A program made the translations under genes and the position numbers. Below are positions 1-8,884 of a DNA stretch of 64,000 bases, piece by piece (position 1 is the stretch's first letter; every line of letters starts with the position of its first letter). The stretch lies in IMG/VR virus record IMGVR_UViG_3300017780_003691, positions 1-64,000 of that record; one strand, written 5' to 3'. The notes beneath the pieces are model-generated. The model saw only the letters and a program-made list of their open reading frames with translations, was not told the origin of the DNA and did not search any database. The DNA comes from a virus.

Positions 1-800
1 AGGGAAGACCCGGCGCACCATGCCGGCAAAGGGGGCCCAGAGCGACCGGGCCTCCGCGTGCACCTGGCGCGCAACGCTGCACCCCATGCCCCGCAAGTCA
101 GACGCACATAGCCCATTAGTTGAGTCATCCCATTGCACCCCATGCCCTGCACCCTCACCCCTGCACCCCTCACCCTGCACCCCTGCACCCCTGCACCTGC
201 ACCCCCTCACCTGCACCCCCTCCCCATTCACCCCCTGTAGGGGATAGGCCCGACTCACCCCCTGTAGGGGCTAGGCCCTGCACCCCGGCGCCGATCAATC
301 CGGCCGCCCTGCCTCACCCTCCCGAGAATCCCCGCGCTAGGCCCTGCACCCCCTCCCGCATGTCTCACCCTTGGCGCCCTAGCCCCTGCACCCCGGCGCC
401 CATGGCTGACTGCAGTCAGGGTCTCACCCTCGCACCCCTGCACCTGCACCCCCTCCCATGGCGCCGCCCTCCCCATGGCAAGGCTAGGCCCTGCACCCCA
501 TGCCCTGCACCTGCACCCCCTCCGCTGCACCCCTTGCCAGGTCGACTAGCTAGCGCCTGGAGTCGATCAATTCAGGCCCTTGCCCCTGCACCCCATGCCA
601 TGCGCTGCACCCTCACCCCTGCACCCCTTGCGCGTGGCGCCGCCCTTGCACCCTATGACCTGCCTAACCCGCTCCCCCATAGGCCGCCCCTCCCCCAAGG
701 GGCAGGACTCGGGAGGGATAACTAGGCGCCCAAACCGGCTAGGCCCGCGCTTTCCCCGAGCGCGGGCCTTTCCCGTTTAAGCCCCTCCGCTGCACCCGTT
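1..800. repeat. C-rich degenerate tandem-repeat tract (units like CTGCACCCC / GGCCCTGCACCCC); candidate genome terminus or regulatory region
   Basis: Direct reading: dozens of CTGCACCC-like units, strong C/G strand asymmetry, CCCCTGTAGGGG element twice (229-246, 262-280), 14-bp palindrome CTGACTGCAGTCAG at 404-417. ORFs predicted here are proline-rich translations of the repeat. Confidence 0.6.
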
Positions 801-876
801 CGGACCTGGCAAAGAATCTTGCGGCAACTCAAAACTTTCTTGTGCTGTTAACTTGCCTTTAAGGGGTTAGGCCGTA

Positions 877-1095
877 GTGTCTTTTTATCAGCAACGGGAG
901 TCAGCCATGACTGTCAACTTTGACCGCAACGCCGCAGAATCGAACGCCAAACGCGCGCAAGACTCGTTTATCCGCTCGCAAGTTGCGGCGGAGTATCAGG
1001 CAAAGCGCAACGCCGCGAACATGCGCGCGGCCGTGCTTTCCGGTCTAGCCGTTGGCGTCATTGTCGCGGCGCTTCAATTGTTCGGAGTCATCTAG
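877..1095 (+). CDS. hypothetical small membrane protein (alternative start about 907)
   Basis: ORF with C-terminal hydrophobic segment; GGGAGTC RBS-like upstream of ATG 907. Confidence 0.3.
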   Translation: MSFYQQRESAMTVNFDRNAAESNAKRAQDSFIRSQVAAEYQAKRNAANMRAAVLSGLAVGVIVAALQLFGVI

Positions 1096-1233
1096 GCCCA
1101 TGATCCGGAGCTTTCTAACCCTCGCACAAGTTGCGGCGATTGTTCCGGCCGCCCTAGCCTGCCTTTCCCTTTTCTTCATGGTCCGCGCGTATGAGTCGAC
1201 CATTGGCAAACGTCACCCCAAGGAGTCCACGCA

Positions 1234-1428
1234 ATGAAAACGGCCGCCCTCAATTCCACGCTTCCCGAGTCCGAACGCCGCGCCATCCGTCGGGAGATTG
1301 CGCGCATATTCTCCCCCGTCGAGTCGCTGCTACTCGAGTCAATCAATGACGTGAGGGGCGCCCGTGGACTCCCGGCATTCGAGTCGCTGGCGCATGTCAG
1401 GGAGTCCGAATGCGACTCGCTAAACTAA
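1234..1428 (+). CDS. hypothetical protein
   Basis: ORF preceded by AGGAGTC RBS; no recognisable domain. Confidence 0.4.
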   Translation: MKTAALNSTLPESERRAIRREIARIFSPVESLLLESINDVRGARGLPAFESLAHVRESECDSLN

Positions 1429-1604
1429 TCATCCCGGCCGCGCTTTTTTGCGCCTGCCTTTACCTCATAACCCGCTAACAGGAGTCCAGCGTGCTTTTCC
1501 TCCGCCTATTCCTCCTCCCCATGGCGCCACTAGTCGCGCTTTCCCGCATTCAACGCACGCTTAAGCGCGGTTCGCGCTATCGCGGCCTATAGGAGTCGAC
1601 TCAA

Positions 1605-2069
1605 ATGTTTGTTGTTTTCTGGCGCATGACTGAGTCTAGCTCAATTGATCCGGGCGCCGATCAATTCGCCATCTATGAAACCGCGCAAGAGGCGGCCGAA
1701 AACTACGCGGGACTCGTTGCCCTGCCTAAATGCCATTGCGCGGGATGGGCGCCGATCACTGGCGCGGCAACGGAACCCCATTGGCTGCAATCGACTCCGG
1801 TTTCAGAGTTTGACGCCATGCGCGCGGAATATGAGTCCTTTATCATTTCCGGCGGATGGGCTGACGAGTCAGACGACGCAATGGGGATGCTTTACCGCAA
1901 TGACCTAACCCCGGCGGAGCGGCGTTGGCTTTCCGATTTTGTGCGGCGTTGGGATGACATGGAGTCACGCGCGGCAAGCGTTCGGCGCCTGCTAGAGAAT
2001 CCCCCTCACCCCATGACGGAGTCGCGCCGAGTCGCGCTTGTCATGCAACGCGACGCAATCGGCGCCTAG
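1605..2069 (+). CDS. hypothetical protein
   Basis: ORF preceded by TAGGAGTCGACTC RBS; no recognisable domain. Confidence 0.45.
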   Translation: MFVVFWRMTESSSIDPGADQFAIYETAQEAAENYAGLVALPKCHCAGWAPITGAATEPHWLQSTPVSEFDAMRAEYESFIISGGWADESDDAMGMLYRNDLTPAERRWLSDFVRRWDDMESRAASVRRLLENPPHPMTESRRVALVMQRDAIGA

Positions 2070-2099
2070 CGCCTGGAGTCTATCAGAGGAGAGTCGACC

Positions 2100-2294
2100 G
2101 TGATTTATATGGATTGCCTGACTCATGCCGTGCAAGTCAAACGGGCGCCTAAAACGCCATGGGAAACAATCGCCGCATTCGATCACCCCATAGCGGCCGG
2201 AAACTATGCGCGCGAATGCACGGCCGGGGCATTGCGATTCAAATATCGAGTCGTCAGCACGAAAACAGGCAAGGCCCTGAAACCGATTAGCTAG
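2100..2294 (+). CDS. hypothetical protein (GTG start)
   Basis: ORF after conserved intergenic element TAGCGCCTGGAGTC and GAGGAGAGTC RBS. Confidence 0.35.
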   Translation: MIYMDCLTHAVQVKRAPKTPWETIAAFDHPIAAGNYARECTAGALRFKYRVVSTKTGKALKPIS

Positions 2295-2333
2295 CCCCTG
2301 ACTGCAGTCAGCAACTCAAGAGGAGTTTAAGTT

Positions 2334-2519
2334 ATGCCCCAATTCTATACCCGCTCACAACGCGAACGACTCGCCGCGCGATACCGTCGAATCGCCGGGC
2401 GCCTATATGCCGATATGCACGCTGCAAAAGCGGCCGGGGAGTCCGCGCTATATGAGCGGATGCAATCCGCCCATGACTCCGCTTGCCGACTCTTCAATGC
2501 CCTAGAGTCGGGGGAGTGA
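2334..2519 (+). CDS. hypothetical protein
   Basis: ORF with AAGAGGAG RBS. Confidence 0.4.
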   Translation: MPQFYTRSQRERLAARYRRIAGRLYADMHAAKAAGESALYERMQSAHDSACRLFNALESGE

Positions 2520-2524
2520 ACGCC

Positions 2525-3139
2525 ATGCACTATTTTAGAATCCTAGTTGGCTTGCGCGGCTGCTATTCCGACTCAAGTGAGAATGAGATTCACGCTTGCG
2601 CCGATCCGGCCGCCTTGCGCGAGTCCATCAATGACCGGGCGTCATGGTATGCTGACTCAATCGAGGAATCAGAGGGGCCCGCATTCGACGAATGCACGCA
2701 AGCGGAGGCGGAGTCGATATTCGCGCTATACACGGGCCCCAAGGCGCCCGGCTTGCCTGTAGCGGCTGCTACGTGGCAAGGCGGGGCGATGGCTTGCCTT
2801 GTGAGCGGCGCCACTGAGTCCGAATATGCGGAGGGGCAACTAGTCGAGTCGGACTCGTTTGTCGCGGACTCTGGCAACGTCTATTTTTGGGCGCCTGCCT
2901 GCCTCACGCCATGGCTTGAATATGGGCCCGAGTCTGAAATGCCAGAGGGTGAGGCATTCGAGAATCAGGCTTGCGCATGGCATGACATCCCCCCGGCCGC
3001 GCGTCACAAGTTGCACCCCGTCAGCATGGAGTCGGGTGAGTCCAGCTTCATGAATCTGCACAATTTCCAAACGCCCGGCGGATTCACATATGCGGGCCCG
3101 GCGGCCGTTGTTTGTTTTATCCCCGGCTTGCCTGATTAG
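2525..3139 (+). CDS. hypothetical acidic protein
   Basis: ORF; internal ATG 2525 preceded by GGGGGAGTG RBS chosen over upstream ATG 2483. Confidence 0.4.
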   Translation: MHYFRILVGLRGCYSDSSENEIHACADPAALRESINDRASWYADSIEESEGPAFDECTQAEAESIFALYTGPKAPGLPVAAATWQGGAMACLVSGATESEYAEGQLVESDSFVADSGNVYFWAPACLTPWLEYGPESEMPEGEAFENQACAWHDIPPAARHKLHPVSMESGESSFMNLHNFQTPGGFTYAGPAAVVCFIPGLPD

Positions 3140-3156
3140 AATCCTGGAGTCTGAAA

Positions 3157-3671
3157 TGAAACACGCCAAACGAATGCCGAAACGCTTTCTTGAGGGGGCG
3201 CCGGATCATGTCGCGGATATATTCGACTCCCCTCAATTCGCGGATAGGTTCACGGTATTTTATCGCGACATAGCCGAGTCGCACGGCCGCCAATCAATCG
3301 GCTATCGCGGCATGAGTGAGAATCCGAGTCACCCGCAAGGAGTCGGCATGTTTGGCGAGATGGCGCCGCATGAGTTTAGCGCCTATCGCGAGTCCAATCG
3401 GCGCCGCCGGATCAAATGGGCGGACCTGCCCCCGGCCGTCAAGGCTTGCGTCATGCGCGACAAACCCGAGTCGGCGCGACTCGTTCGACTCACCCCTGAA
3501 ACATACGCGCGAGTCACCTATGCGCTATCGGATGCAAGCGACGCGCGGCGGAGTGAAAACGAATGCACGCGCAACGCTGAATTGCGGGCCTGCAACGACT
3601 CCGCAATCGCTGCAAACAATCGCGCGGCCGATGAACTGACGGCCGCATGGAACAAAGGCAAACCGGCTTAG
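3157..3671 (+). CDS. hypothetical protein
   Basis: ORF; ATG 3157 preceded by CTGGAGTC; upstream part of the ORF overlaps the previous gene. Confidence 0.4.
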
Positions 3672-3710
3672 GCAATCGCGCCAGGTCGCACAAAAGAGGA
3701 GACTCACGCT

Positions 3711-4046
3711 ATGGCCTATCAAGTAACCCCGGCCGCTATTTGGGATGCAATGCGAGCGGAGGGAATGCGAGCGGAGGCGGATGCATTCGCCCGGATCATG
3801 GAGTCCGAATTGCAGAAAGCGGCGGACCTGCTAGCCGCTAAAATCGGAATCGAGACCGGCCGCGCGTCAATGCAAGAGGAGGGATTCGCGGGCCTGCTTA
3901 TCCCGCTTTTCGCGGGGCATGAGGGGCAAGAGATTCCCGAATGCCTTGACGGGTGCGACACTGACTCCGAATGGCAAACGGCCGCCGCATGGCAAGGGGA
4001 GGTTGACTCCTTTCAACTGACGGGAAGCAATCCGACTCGCGCCTAG
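3711..4046 (+). CDS. hypothetical protein
   Basis: ORF with AAGAGGAGACTC RBS. Confidence 0.45.
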   Translation: MAYQVTPAAIWDAMRAEGMRAEADAFARIMESELQKAADLLAAKIGIETGRASMQEEGFAGLLIPLFAGHEGQEIPECLDGCDTDSEWQTAAAWQGEVDSFQLTGSNPTRA

Positions 4047-4081
4047 CGCCTGGAGTCAGCAACTCAAGAGGAGACTCGGTT

Positions 4082-4879
4082 ATGTATGAGACCAAAGCAC
4101 AAGCGGACAAGCGGCGCCGCGAATACCAAAGCGGCAACGCTCAAAACTACATGCGCGACAAACTGAAACGACTCCGCGCGCAATCTCCCGACGGATGGCG
4201 CGACCTGGCGCGGAAAGCGGCGGCCGATAAATACCGGCGCCCCATTGGCGGACCTAACGCCAAATTCGGCAAGCGCCAGAATCTGCAATGGCTGGAATAT
4301 GGACTCGACGCTTTCCGCCATGAATGGGCGGATAAATGCGAGGGAGTCCGAATCGATCACACGGGATGGTTTGACTCCGAATATCAGGAAGAAACATACC
4401 GGGGAATCGTTCTCGCCACGACTCGCGGAACCTTTCTAGCCGGTATGTGTCACGGCGCCGAGAGTCGCAAGCGCGGCGGATGGCAATCCGTTTGCGGCAA
4501 TGACTCGGCCGTCATTGTTGAAACCGGCTATAGCTATTCCACGCAAGCGGAGGCGGCAAGGGCGGCCGATCATATCGCCGAACATATGGCGGAGGCGGAG
4601 CGGGAATATAACGCGCAAGCGAACGCGGGAATCCAAGCCTCTGAATTGCGAGCGGAGATAAACGAGACCCGCGCGGAAACGCTCGCAAGCCTTGCGGAGT
4701 TGAGGCAGGCCCGCAAGGCGCTTGCCCGTGACTCCGCCGCATTCCCTCACCTATGCGAGCAACTGCGGAGGGATGCACGCGCGGCCGTTCGCGACATCAA
4801 ACGCAAGCGCGCAAAAATTGCGGAGCTAGTCGAGTCCTTTGGCGACTCGGCTGCATTCCGCGAACATTTCCCCGCCTAA
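4082..4879 (+). CDS. hypothetical protein
   Basis: ORF with AAGAGGAGACTC RBS preceded by conserved element. Confidence 0.5.
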   Translation: MYETKAQADKRRREYQSGNAQNYMRDKLKRLRAQSPDGWRDLARKAAADKYRRPIGGPNAKFGKRQNLQWLEYGLDAFRHEWADKCEGVRIDHTGWFDSEYQEETYRGIVLATTRGTFLAGMCHGAESRKRGGWQSVCGNDSAVIVETGYSYSTQAEAARAADHIAEHMAEAEREYNAQANAGIQASELRAEINETRAETLASLAELRQARKALARDSAAFPHLCEQLRRDARAAVRDIKRKRAKIAELVESFGDSAAFREHFPA

Positions 4880-4908
4880 CCTGTAACCCCTCAAGAGGAG
4901 ACTCTAGC

Positions 4909-5610
4909 ATGTCAACAATTAGTGACGTTCACCCGGAACCCAAACCCCGGCCGGATTATGAGTTAGCGCGGGAGGAGTTGGCGCAATTGATGCGCGACCA
5001 TGCGCTAAGAATCGACTCGGAATTTATCCCCTGGAGTCGTTCGCGCAATGCCCCCGGCCGCTATGATCCGGGCCCGCTATCGCCCGGCGCCAATTCAGCG
5101 GAGCGGAACAATCGGGCCCGCGCGTTGCGCAACGGATGGCGGAGTCTCAATTGGAAAGTGAGACTCGTTCGGACAACTGGCGCCCCTCACGCGACAATCA
5201 AACCCCGGCCGATATGGGAGTCCGAATACTCCGCCGGGGAAGCGCATTGCCCCGCCTATAAGGACAAGGGACTCGGCACAAGGGACTCGCATGATCGGTC
5301 AAACGCAATCGACTCCGAATGCGAGACCGGCCGAGTCTATCGCTTCTCACCCGGACTCGGCGGAGGCTATGCCACTGCTAAGCCGATCAATCCCGACTCG
5401 GTTGACGTATTCGCGTCAATCGTTCGCGACGCTCAAGACGCGCTTGACTCGGGAGGATTCGAGGAATGGGCGGAGAATCTAGGATATTCCAGCGACTCGC
5501 GACATGCGGAAAAGATATTCCGCGAATGCGTCGAGTCTGCCCTCAAGTTGACGGCCGGAATCGGCGCCGAAACGCTCCGCCGCGCGGCTGATATTGCGGG
5601 GCGCCTGTAA
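4909..5610 (+). CDS. hypothetical protein
   Basis: ORF; ATG 4909 with AAGAGGAGACTC RBS (upstream in-frame ATG 4753 unlikely). Confidence 0.45.
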   Translation: MSTISDVHPEPKPRPDYELAREELAQLMRDHALRIDSEFIPWSRSRNAPGRYDPGPLSPGANSAERNNRARALRNGWRSLNWKVRLVRTTGAPHATIKPRPIWESEYSAGEAHCPAYKDKGLGTRDSHDRSNAIDSECETGRVYRFSPGLGGGYATAKPINPDSVDVFASIVRDAQDALDSGGFEEWAENLGYSSDSRHAEKIFRECVESALKLTAGIGAETLRRAADIAGRL

Positions 5611-5894
5611 TGCCACAAATGCACCCGCTAGACGCATGGGAGCAATGCCGGCTCAACGGGATTCCGTTAGGGGCTGACTTTCATACGCTCGACTCTCGCA
5701 CCGTCGACTCCATCCTACGAGTCGCGGACCTGGTAAAATATCGCAAGCCAAAGCAGGCGCCCGGATCACGGGCCCGCATGTTCTACGCCTATCTAAATCG
5801 CAGGGCGGAGGCAGGGCATAAAGCGGCGATAGTTGCCGCGAAGCGCCTGGAGTCCGGGCGTTCACTCATAACAGGAAAGCGACTCACCAAATGA
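5610..5894 (+). CDS. hypothetical protein
   Basis: ORF, start overlaps previous stop (ATGA-type coupling). Confidence 0.4.
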   Translation: MPQMHPLDAWEQCRLNGIPLGADFHTLDSRTVDSILRVADLVKYRKPKQAPGSRARMFYAYLNRRAEAGHKAAIVAAKRLESGRSLITGKRLTK

Positions 5895-6148
5895 AACCGG
5901 CTAAGGTCAAGTTTTCAGTCTACAGATTCCGCGAGTCCGTTGCCGTGTATCTGGCAACGGAAGTTGACCCGACTCACACTGCGAACGGGAAAGCGGAGCG
6001 GCAAGCGGTGCAGGTCTATTTGACTCCGGCCGCCGCTCGCAAACTTACGCGCGCAATCAATGCAGCCGCGCGCAACGTGGAAACGATTCCCAAATTCAGC
6101 GAGTCCAACTTTCCGACTCGTTCGGGTGAATCAGCGGGGGAGGTCTAG
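5891..6148 (+). CDS. hypothetical protein
   Basis: ORF, overlapping stop-start coupling. Confidence 0.4.
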   Translation: MKPAKVKFSVYRFRESVAVYLATEVDPTHTANGKAERQAVQVYLTPAAARKLTRAINAAARNVETIPKFSESNFPTRSGESAGEV

Positions 6149-6151
6149 CGC

Positions 6152-6466
6152 ATGGCGCGCGTTGAACCCATGACTCCGGAGGCATTCGGCGCCGCGCTAG
6201 ACGCGGGCCCGTATGCATGGCCGGGAGGCTATCCGCAGTTTTTCGTTATGGCTGACGGGGAGTCGCTTAGCTTCCCGGCCGCCATTGCGGAGCGTGAACG
6301 GATCGACTCGGAACTACGCGACTCGACCTATGCCGACTCATCCTGGAGTCCGGTTGCGGTTGCCATCAATTGGGAAGACTCGACTCTCGTTTGTTGCCAC
6401 ACTGGCGCGCGGATTGAGTCGGCATATGCGGAGGACTCGGACCATGACGACTCAACAAACAATTGA
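6152..6466 (+). CDS. hypothetical acidic protein
   Basis: ORF; no recognisable domain. Confidence 0.4.
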   Translation: MARVEPMTPEAFGAALDAGPYAWPGGYPQFFVMADGESLSFPAAIAERERIDSELRDSTYADSSWSPVAVAINWEDSTLVCCHTGARIESAYAEDSDHDDSTNN

Positions 6467-7286
6467 CCCGGCCGTTACGCTTTGGCCGGGCCTGCCTTGC
6501 GCGCATGGGGCGCCAATGGGGCGCCGATCCGATACGCTCGCAAATGCGGAGGGGTGCGAGGTGCATCTATTCCGAATCCCCATGGTCGACTCCTGCTATG
6601 ATCCGGGGGGCGCCTATTGGGGAGCGGGAGACTCGGCCGTCGGGTTTATGTTCGCATGGTATGCACCCGAGTCCGACTCGCGCGGATACTTTCGAGCGGC
6701 TGACTTGACGGCCGCTAAAGCGCATATTGAAGCGGAGGCGCCCGGCTGCACCTTTGCGCATGGCGCGGACCTGGACTCGTTTGTCTCGGGATATTTTGAA
6801 GCGTTGTTTTTCACTGATAACGCTCCGCAAGTTTACCGGGATGAATGGCCGGAGGATGGCGAGACTCAAGAGGGGAGCATTCCCGACGGACTCGACGAGT
6901 CAGACATTGCGGAGGATTGCCGCGCAAAGGCAGTGAACGATTGCGCGGCATTCATGGCGGAGGCGGCGCCCCTGCTACGCGACGCCATGGCGCGCGGCTA
7001 TTCCTTCGAGCAAGGCGGCCGGGATTATTGGCTGACTCGGAATGGGCATGGAGTCGGATTCACGGATCGGCGCCAGCTTGAGTCGACGGGTGAGACCGAG
7101 TCCGAATATGAGCGGCTAACGGCCGCCATGGTCGCGGCCAATGCGAGCGGAGACTCCGCCGCATGGGGCAGGGCCCTAGCCGAACGGAAGGCCCTGCCTG
7201 CCTCACTAGGGGAGCAACTAGCCGCAATCGCTCGCAAGGCGGGGGAGGTCGACTCGTATTGGGATGGCGAGCGGGTGCGATTCTGA
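6444..7286 (+). CDS. hypothetical protein
   Basis: ORF; internal ATG 6444 taken as start of the 6213..7286 frame. Confidence 0.4.
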   Translation: MTTQQTIDPAVTLWPGLPCAHGAPMGRRSDTLANAEGCEVHLFRIPMVDSCYDPGGAYWGAGDSAVGFMFAWYAPESDSRGYFRAADLTAAKAHIEAEAPGCTFAHGADLDSFVSGYFEALFFTDNAPQVYRDEWPEDGETQEGSIPDGLDESDIAEDCRAKAVNDCAAFMAEAAPLLRDAMARGYSFEQGGRDYWLTRNGHGVGFTDRRQLESTGETESEYERLTAAMVAANASGDSAAWGRALAERKALPASLGEQLAAIARKAGEVDSYWDGERVRF

Positions 7287-7480
7287 ATCGCGCGGCGCCC
7301 GCGCTTTGGCTGCTATGTGCGGCCGGGTGCATGGTCGCGGCGCTTGCCTCTGGCGCCGCCATCCTATGGGCCCTTGCGAGCTACTGGCGCGAGTCCCTGC
7401 TATTCGCTTTCCTGTTTTGGCTGATATGCGCCAAGGGGAAAGGCTAGCGCCTGGAGTCGAATAGGAAGGCCCTAGAGAAG

Positions 7481-7520
7481 CGAGAACGGCCGCCGGGGTG
7501 ATCCGGCGGCCGTTTTCATT
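7481..7520. terminator. bidirectional rho-independent terminator between convergent genes
   Basis: Perfect 11-bp stem ACGGCCGCCGG / CCGGCGGCCGT with 6-nt loop followed by TTTTCATTT on the plus strand; lies between the plus-strand early block and the minus-strand M15 peptidase gene. Confidence 0.75.
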
Positions 7521-7540
7521 TGCGCGACCTGGCGCGGCTG

Positions 7541-7936
7541 CTAGACCGGGGCCGGGTATTGTTTCCAAGGCAGTTGCCAATGGGGCCCATCCTGAAATGT
7601 GCGCCAATCTCCGCCCCATTCAATCGGAACCCCTTCTAGCTTCGCGGCTGCTTTCATCCCGGCCGCGATTCGATGCATGATAGGCCAAGAATAATCCGGC
7701 CGCCCTGCAATCCATCCGCATACGTCAAACGCATGGCCGGTTAGATGGCGACTCTTGAGCGTCTTACTTGCCCCGGCTGCTTTCAACTCGCGTTGCCGCT
7801 CTAAGGTCCGGAGTCCTTCCGTGACTCGAATATCAACGGCGCCCGTTTGCGCCATGTAACGAGTCACGACTCGGACTAGGTCCGGATGCACCCCGGCCAA
7901 CTTCGCGCGGGATGACTTGCCCAAAACAAACGCCAT
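7541..7936 (-). CDS. peptidase M15 family (L-alanyl-D-glutamate / D-Ala-D-Ala carboxypeptidase-like) endolysin
   Basis: Translation contains the SxHLxGxAxD zinc-binding region and DGPHWQL second His motif typical of peptidase M15 (VanY-like) phage endolysins. Confidence 0.8.
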   Translation of the reverse strand: MAFVLGKSSRAKLAGVHPDLVRVVTRYMAQTGAVDIRVTEGLRTLERQRELKAAGASKTLKSRHLTGHAFDVCGWIAGRPDYSWPIMHRIAAGMKAAAKLEGVPIEWGGDWRTFQDGPHWQLPWKQYPAPV

Positions 7937-8085
7937 TGCAGGACTCCGAATAGGGGCGCCGCTACGTCATGACGCCAGGTTATGCTCAGCCCGAGCATAT
8001 GGGGGTGGGTGCGTGCGTGCGCCCAGGTGCGCGTGCGCGCGTGCATACACTACGGGAATGACTCGTGTAGTGCAACGACCCGGCC

Positions 8086-8200
8086 GGCGGCCAGGAATTT
8101 AGCAGGGTCAGCCCGTTCCGTCGGGAATTTTGCGGGGTCAGCCGGTCCCACGCAGTTTCGCCGGCCCGCCGAGAATTTTGCAGGGTCAGCCTGTCCCGAG
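8086..8200. promoter_or_regulatory. three direct repeats GAATTT(T)GCRGGGTCAGCC in a divergent intergenic region
   Basis: Copies at about 8086, 8124 and 8170 spaced about 40 bp apart; upstream 24-nt perfectly alternating purine-pyrimidine tract (8034-8057); TTGACT -35-like at about 8222. Confidence 0.4.
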
Positions 8201-8257
8201 CAAAATATCAAGTCAGACCCCGCTTGACTTGCAGATCGGCCGTCGGCATAAACGGCC

Positions 8258-8453
8258 AATGGGAAAACCAGTGACCCACTATGCCTATGTCCGGAAGGGA
8301 CTGTTCGGTTCGGACACCACGATCACGGGCTCTGCCTGCGGTCGTGAGACGGGCCTCGAAGTCGGTATCAACTCCGACGACGATCTCGACAAGGTGACGT
8401 GCAAGCTGTGCCTCAAGCACCCGAGATACCTCAAAGCAAAGGCCGCCAAATGA
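8258..8453 (+). CDS. hypothetical small Cys-containing protein
   Basis: ATG 8258 inside the 8130..8453 ORF, downstream of the repeat region; C..C and CxxC spacing. Confidence 0.35.
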
Positions 8454-8884
8454 ACACCCCGATCCTGCCGACCAAGCGTGAACTCGACCAGCGCGACTTC
8501 TTCATGCGCCGTCACGACAACAACATGGCTCACGCTTCGCCGGCCCTGCTCTGCACCGTCGATCCGAACATGCCGCCGCCGGTCATCATCAACTCCATCA
8601 AGACGATGGACAACCTCATGGTCGGCCTCGGCCCTCGCATGATGCTGCTGATGATGGCAGACACCGCCATGGGGCTGATGGCGAATGCTCCGCCGGCAGA
8701 CAAGCAGACCGTCGAGATCGAACTCGGCTCCTGGAACCGCGCGCTCTACATGCTCGCCAACCATCCGACGAAGTATCTGGAGATGGCGCAGGAGTTCGAG
8801 TTGATGCGGCAGGTCGCGGCTCGCGACAACCCGGAGACGGCCGGCACGACGGTTGCAGTGAAACCCGCAAATTCGGAATCGTGA
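8450..8884 (+). CDS. hypothetical protein
   Basis: ORF (ATG 8450 overlapping previous stop); Met-rich, no domain recognised. Confidence 0.45.
   Translation: MNTPILPTKRELDQRDFFMRRHDNNMAHASPALLCTVDPNMPPPVIINSIKTMDNLMVGLGPRMMLLMMADTAMGLMANAPPADKQTVEIELGSWNRALYMLANHPTKYLEMAQEFELMRQVAARDNPETAGTTVAVKPANSES

Noticed and set aside
120-725. Proline/His-rich 201-aa ORF and neighbouring ORFs (20..247, 255..530, 580..780) in the first 800 bp
   Set aside because: They are translations of the CTGCACCCC tandem-repeat tract in different frames: low-complexity, both strands, no RBS. Treated as non-coding repeat.
8086-8200. Direct repeats considered as a CRISPR array
   Set aside because: Only three copies, 19-bp repeats with variable spacers of about 20 bp, no cas genes. 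More consistent with operator/iteron sites.
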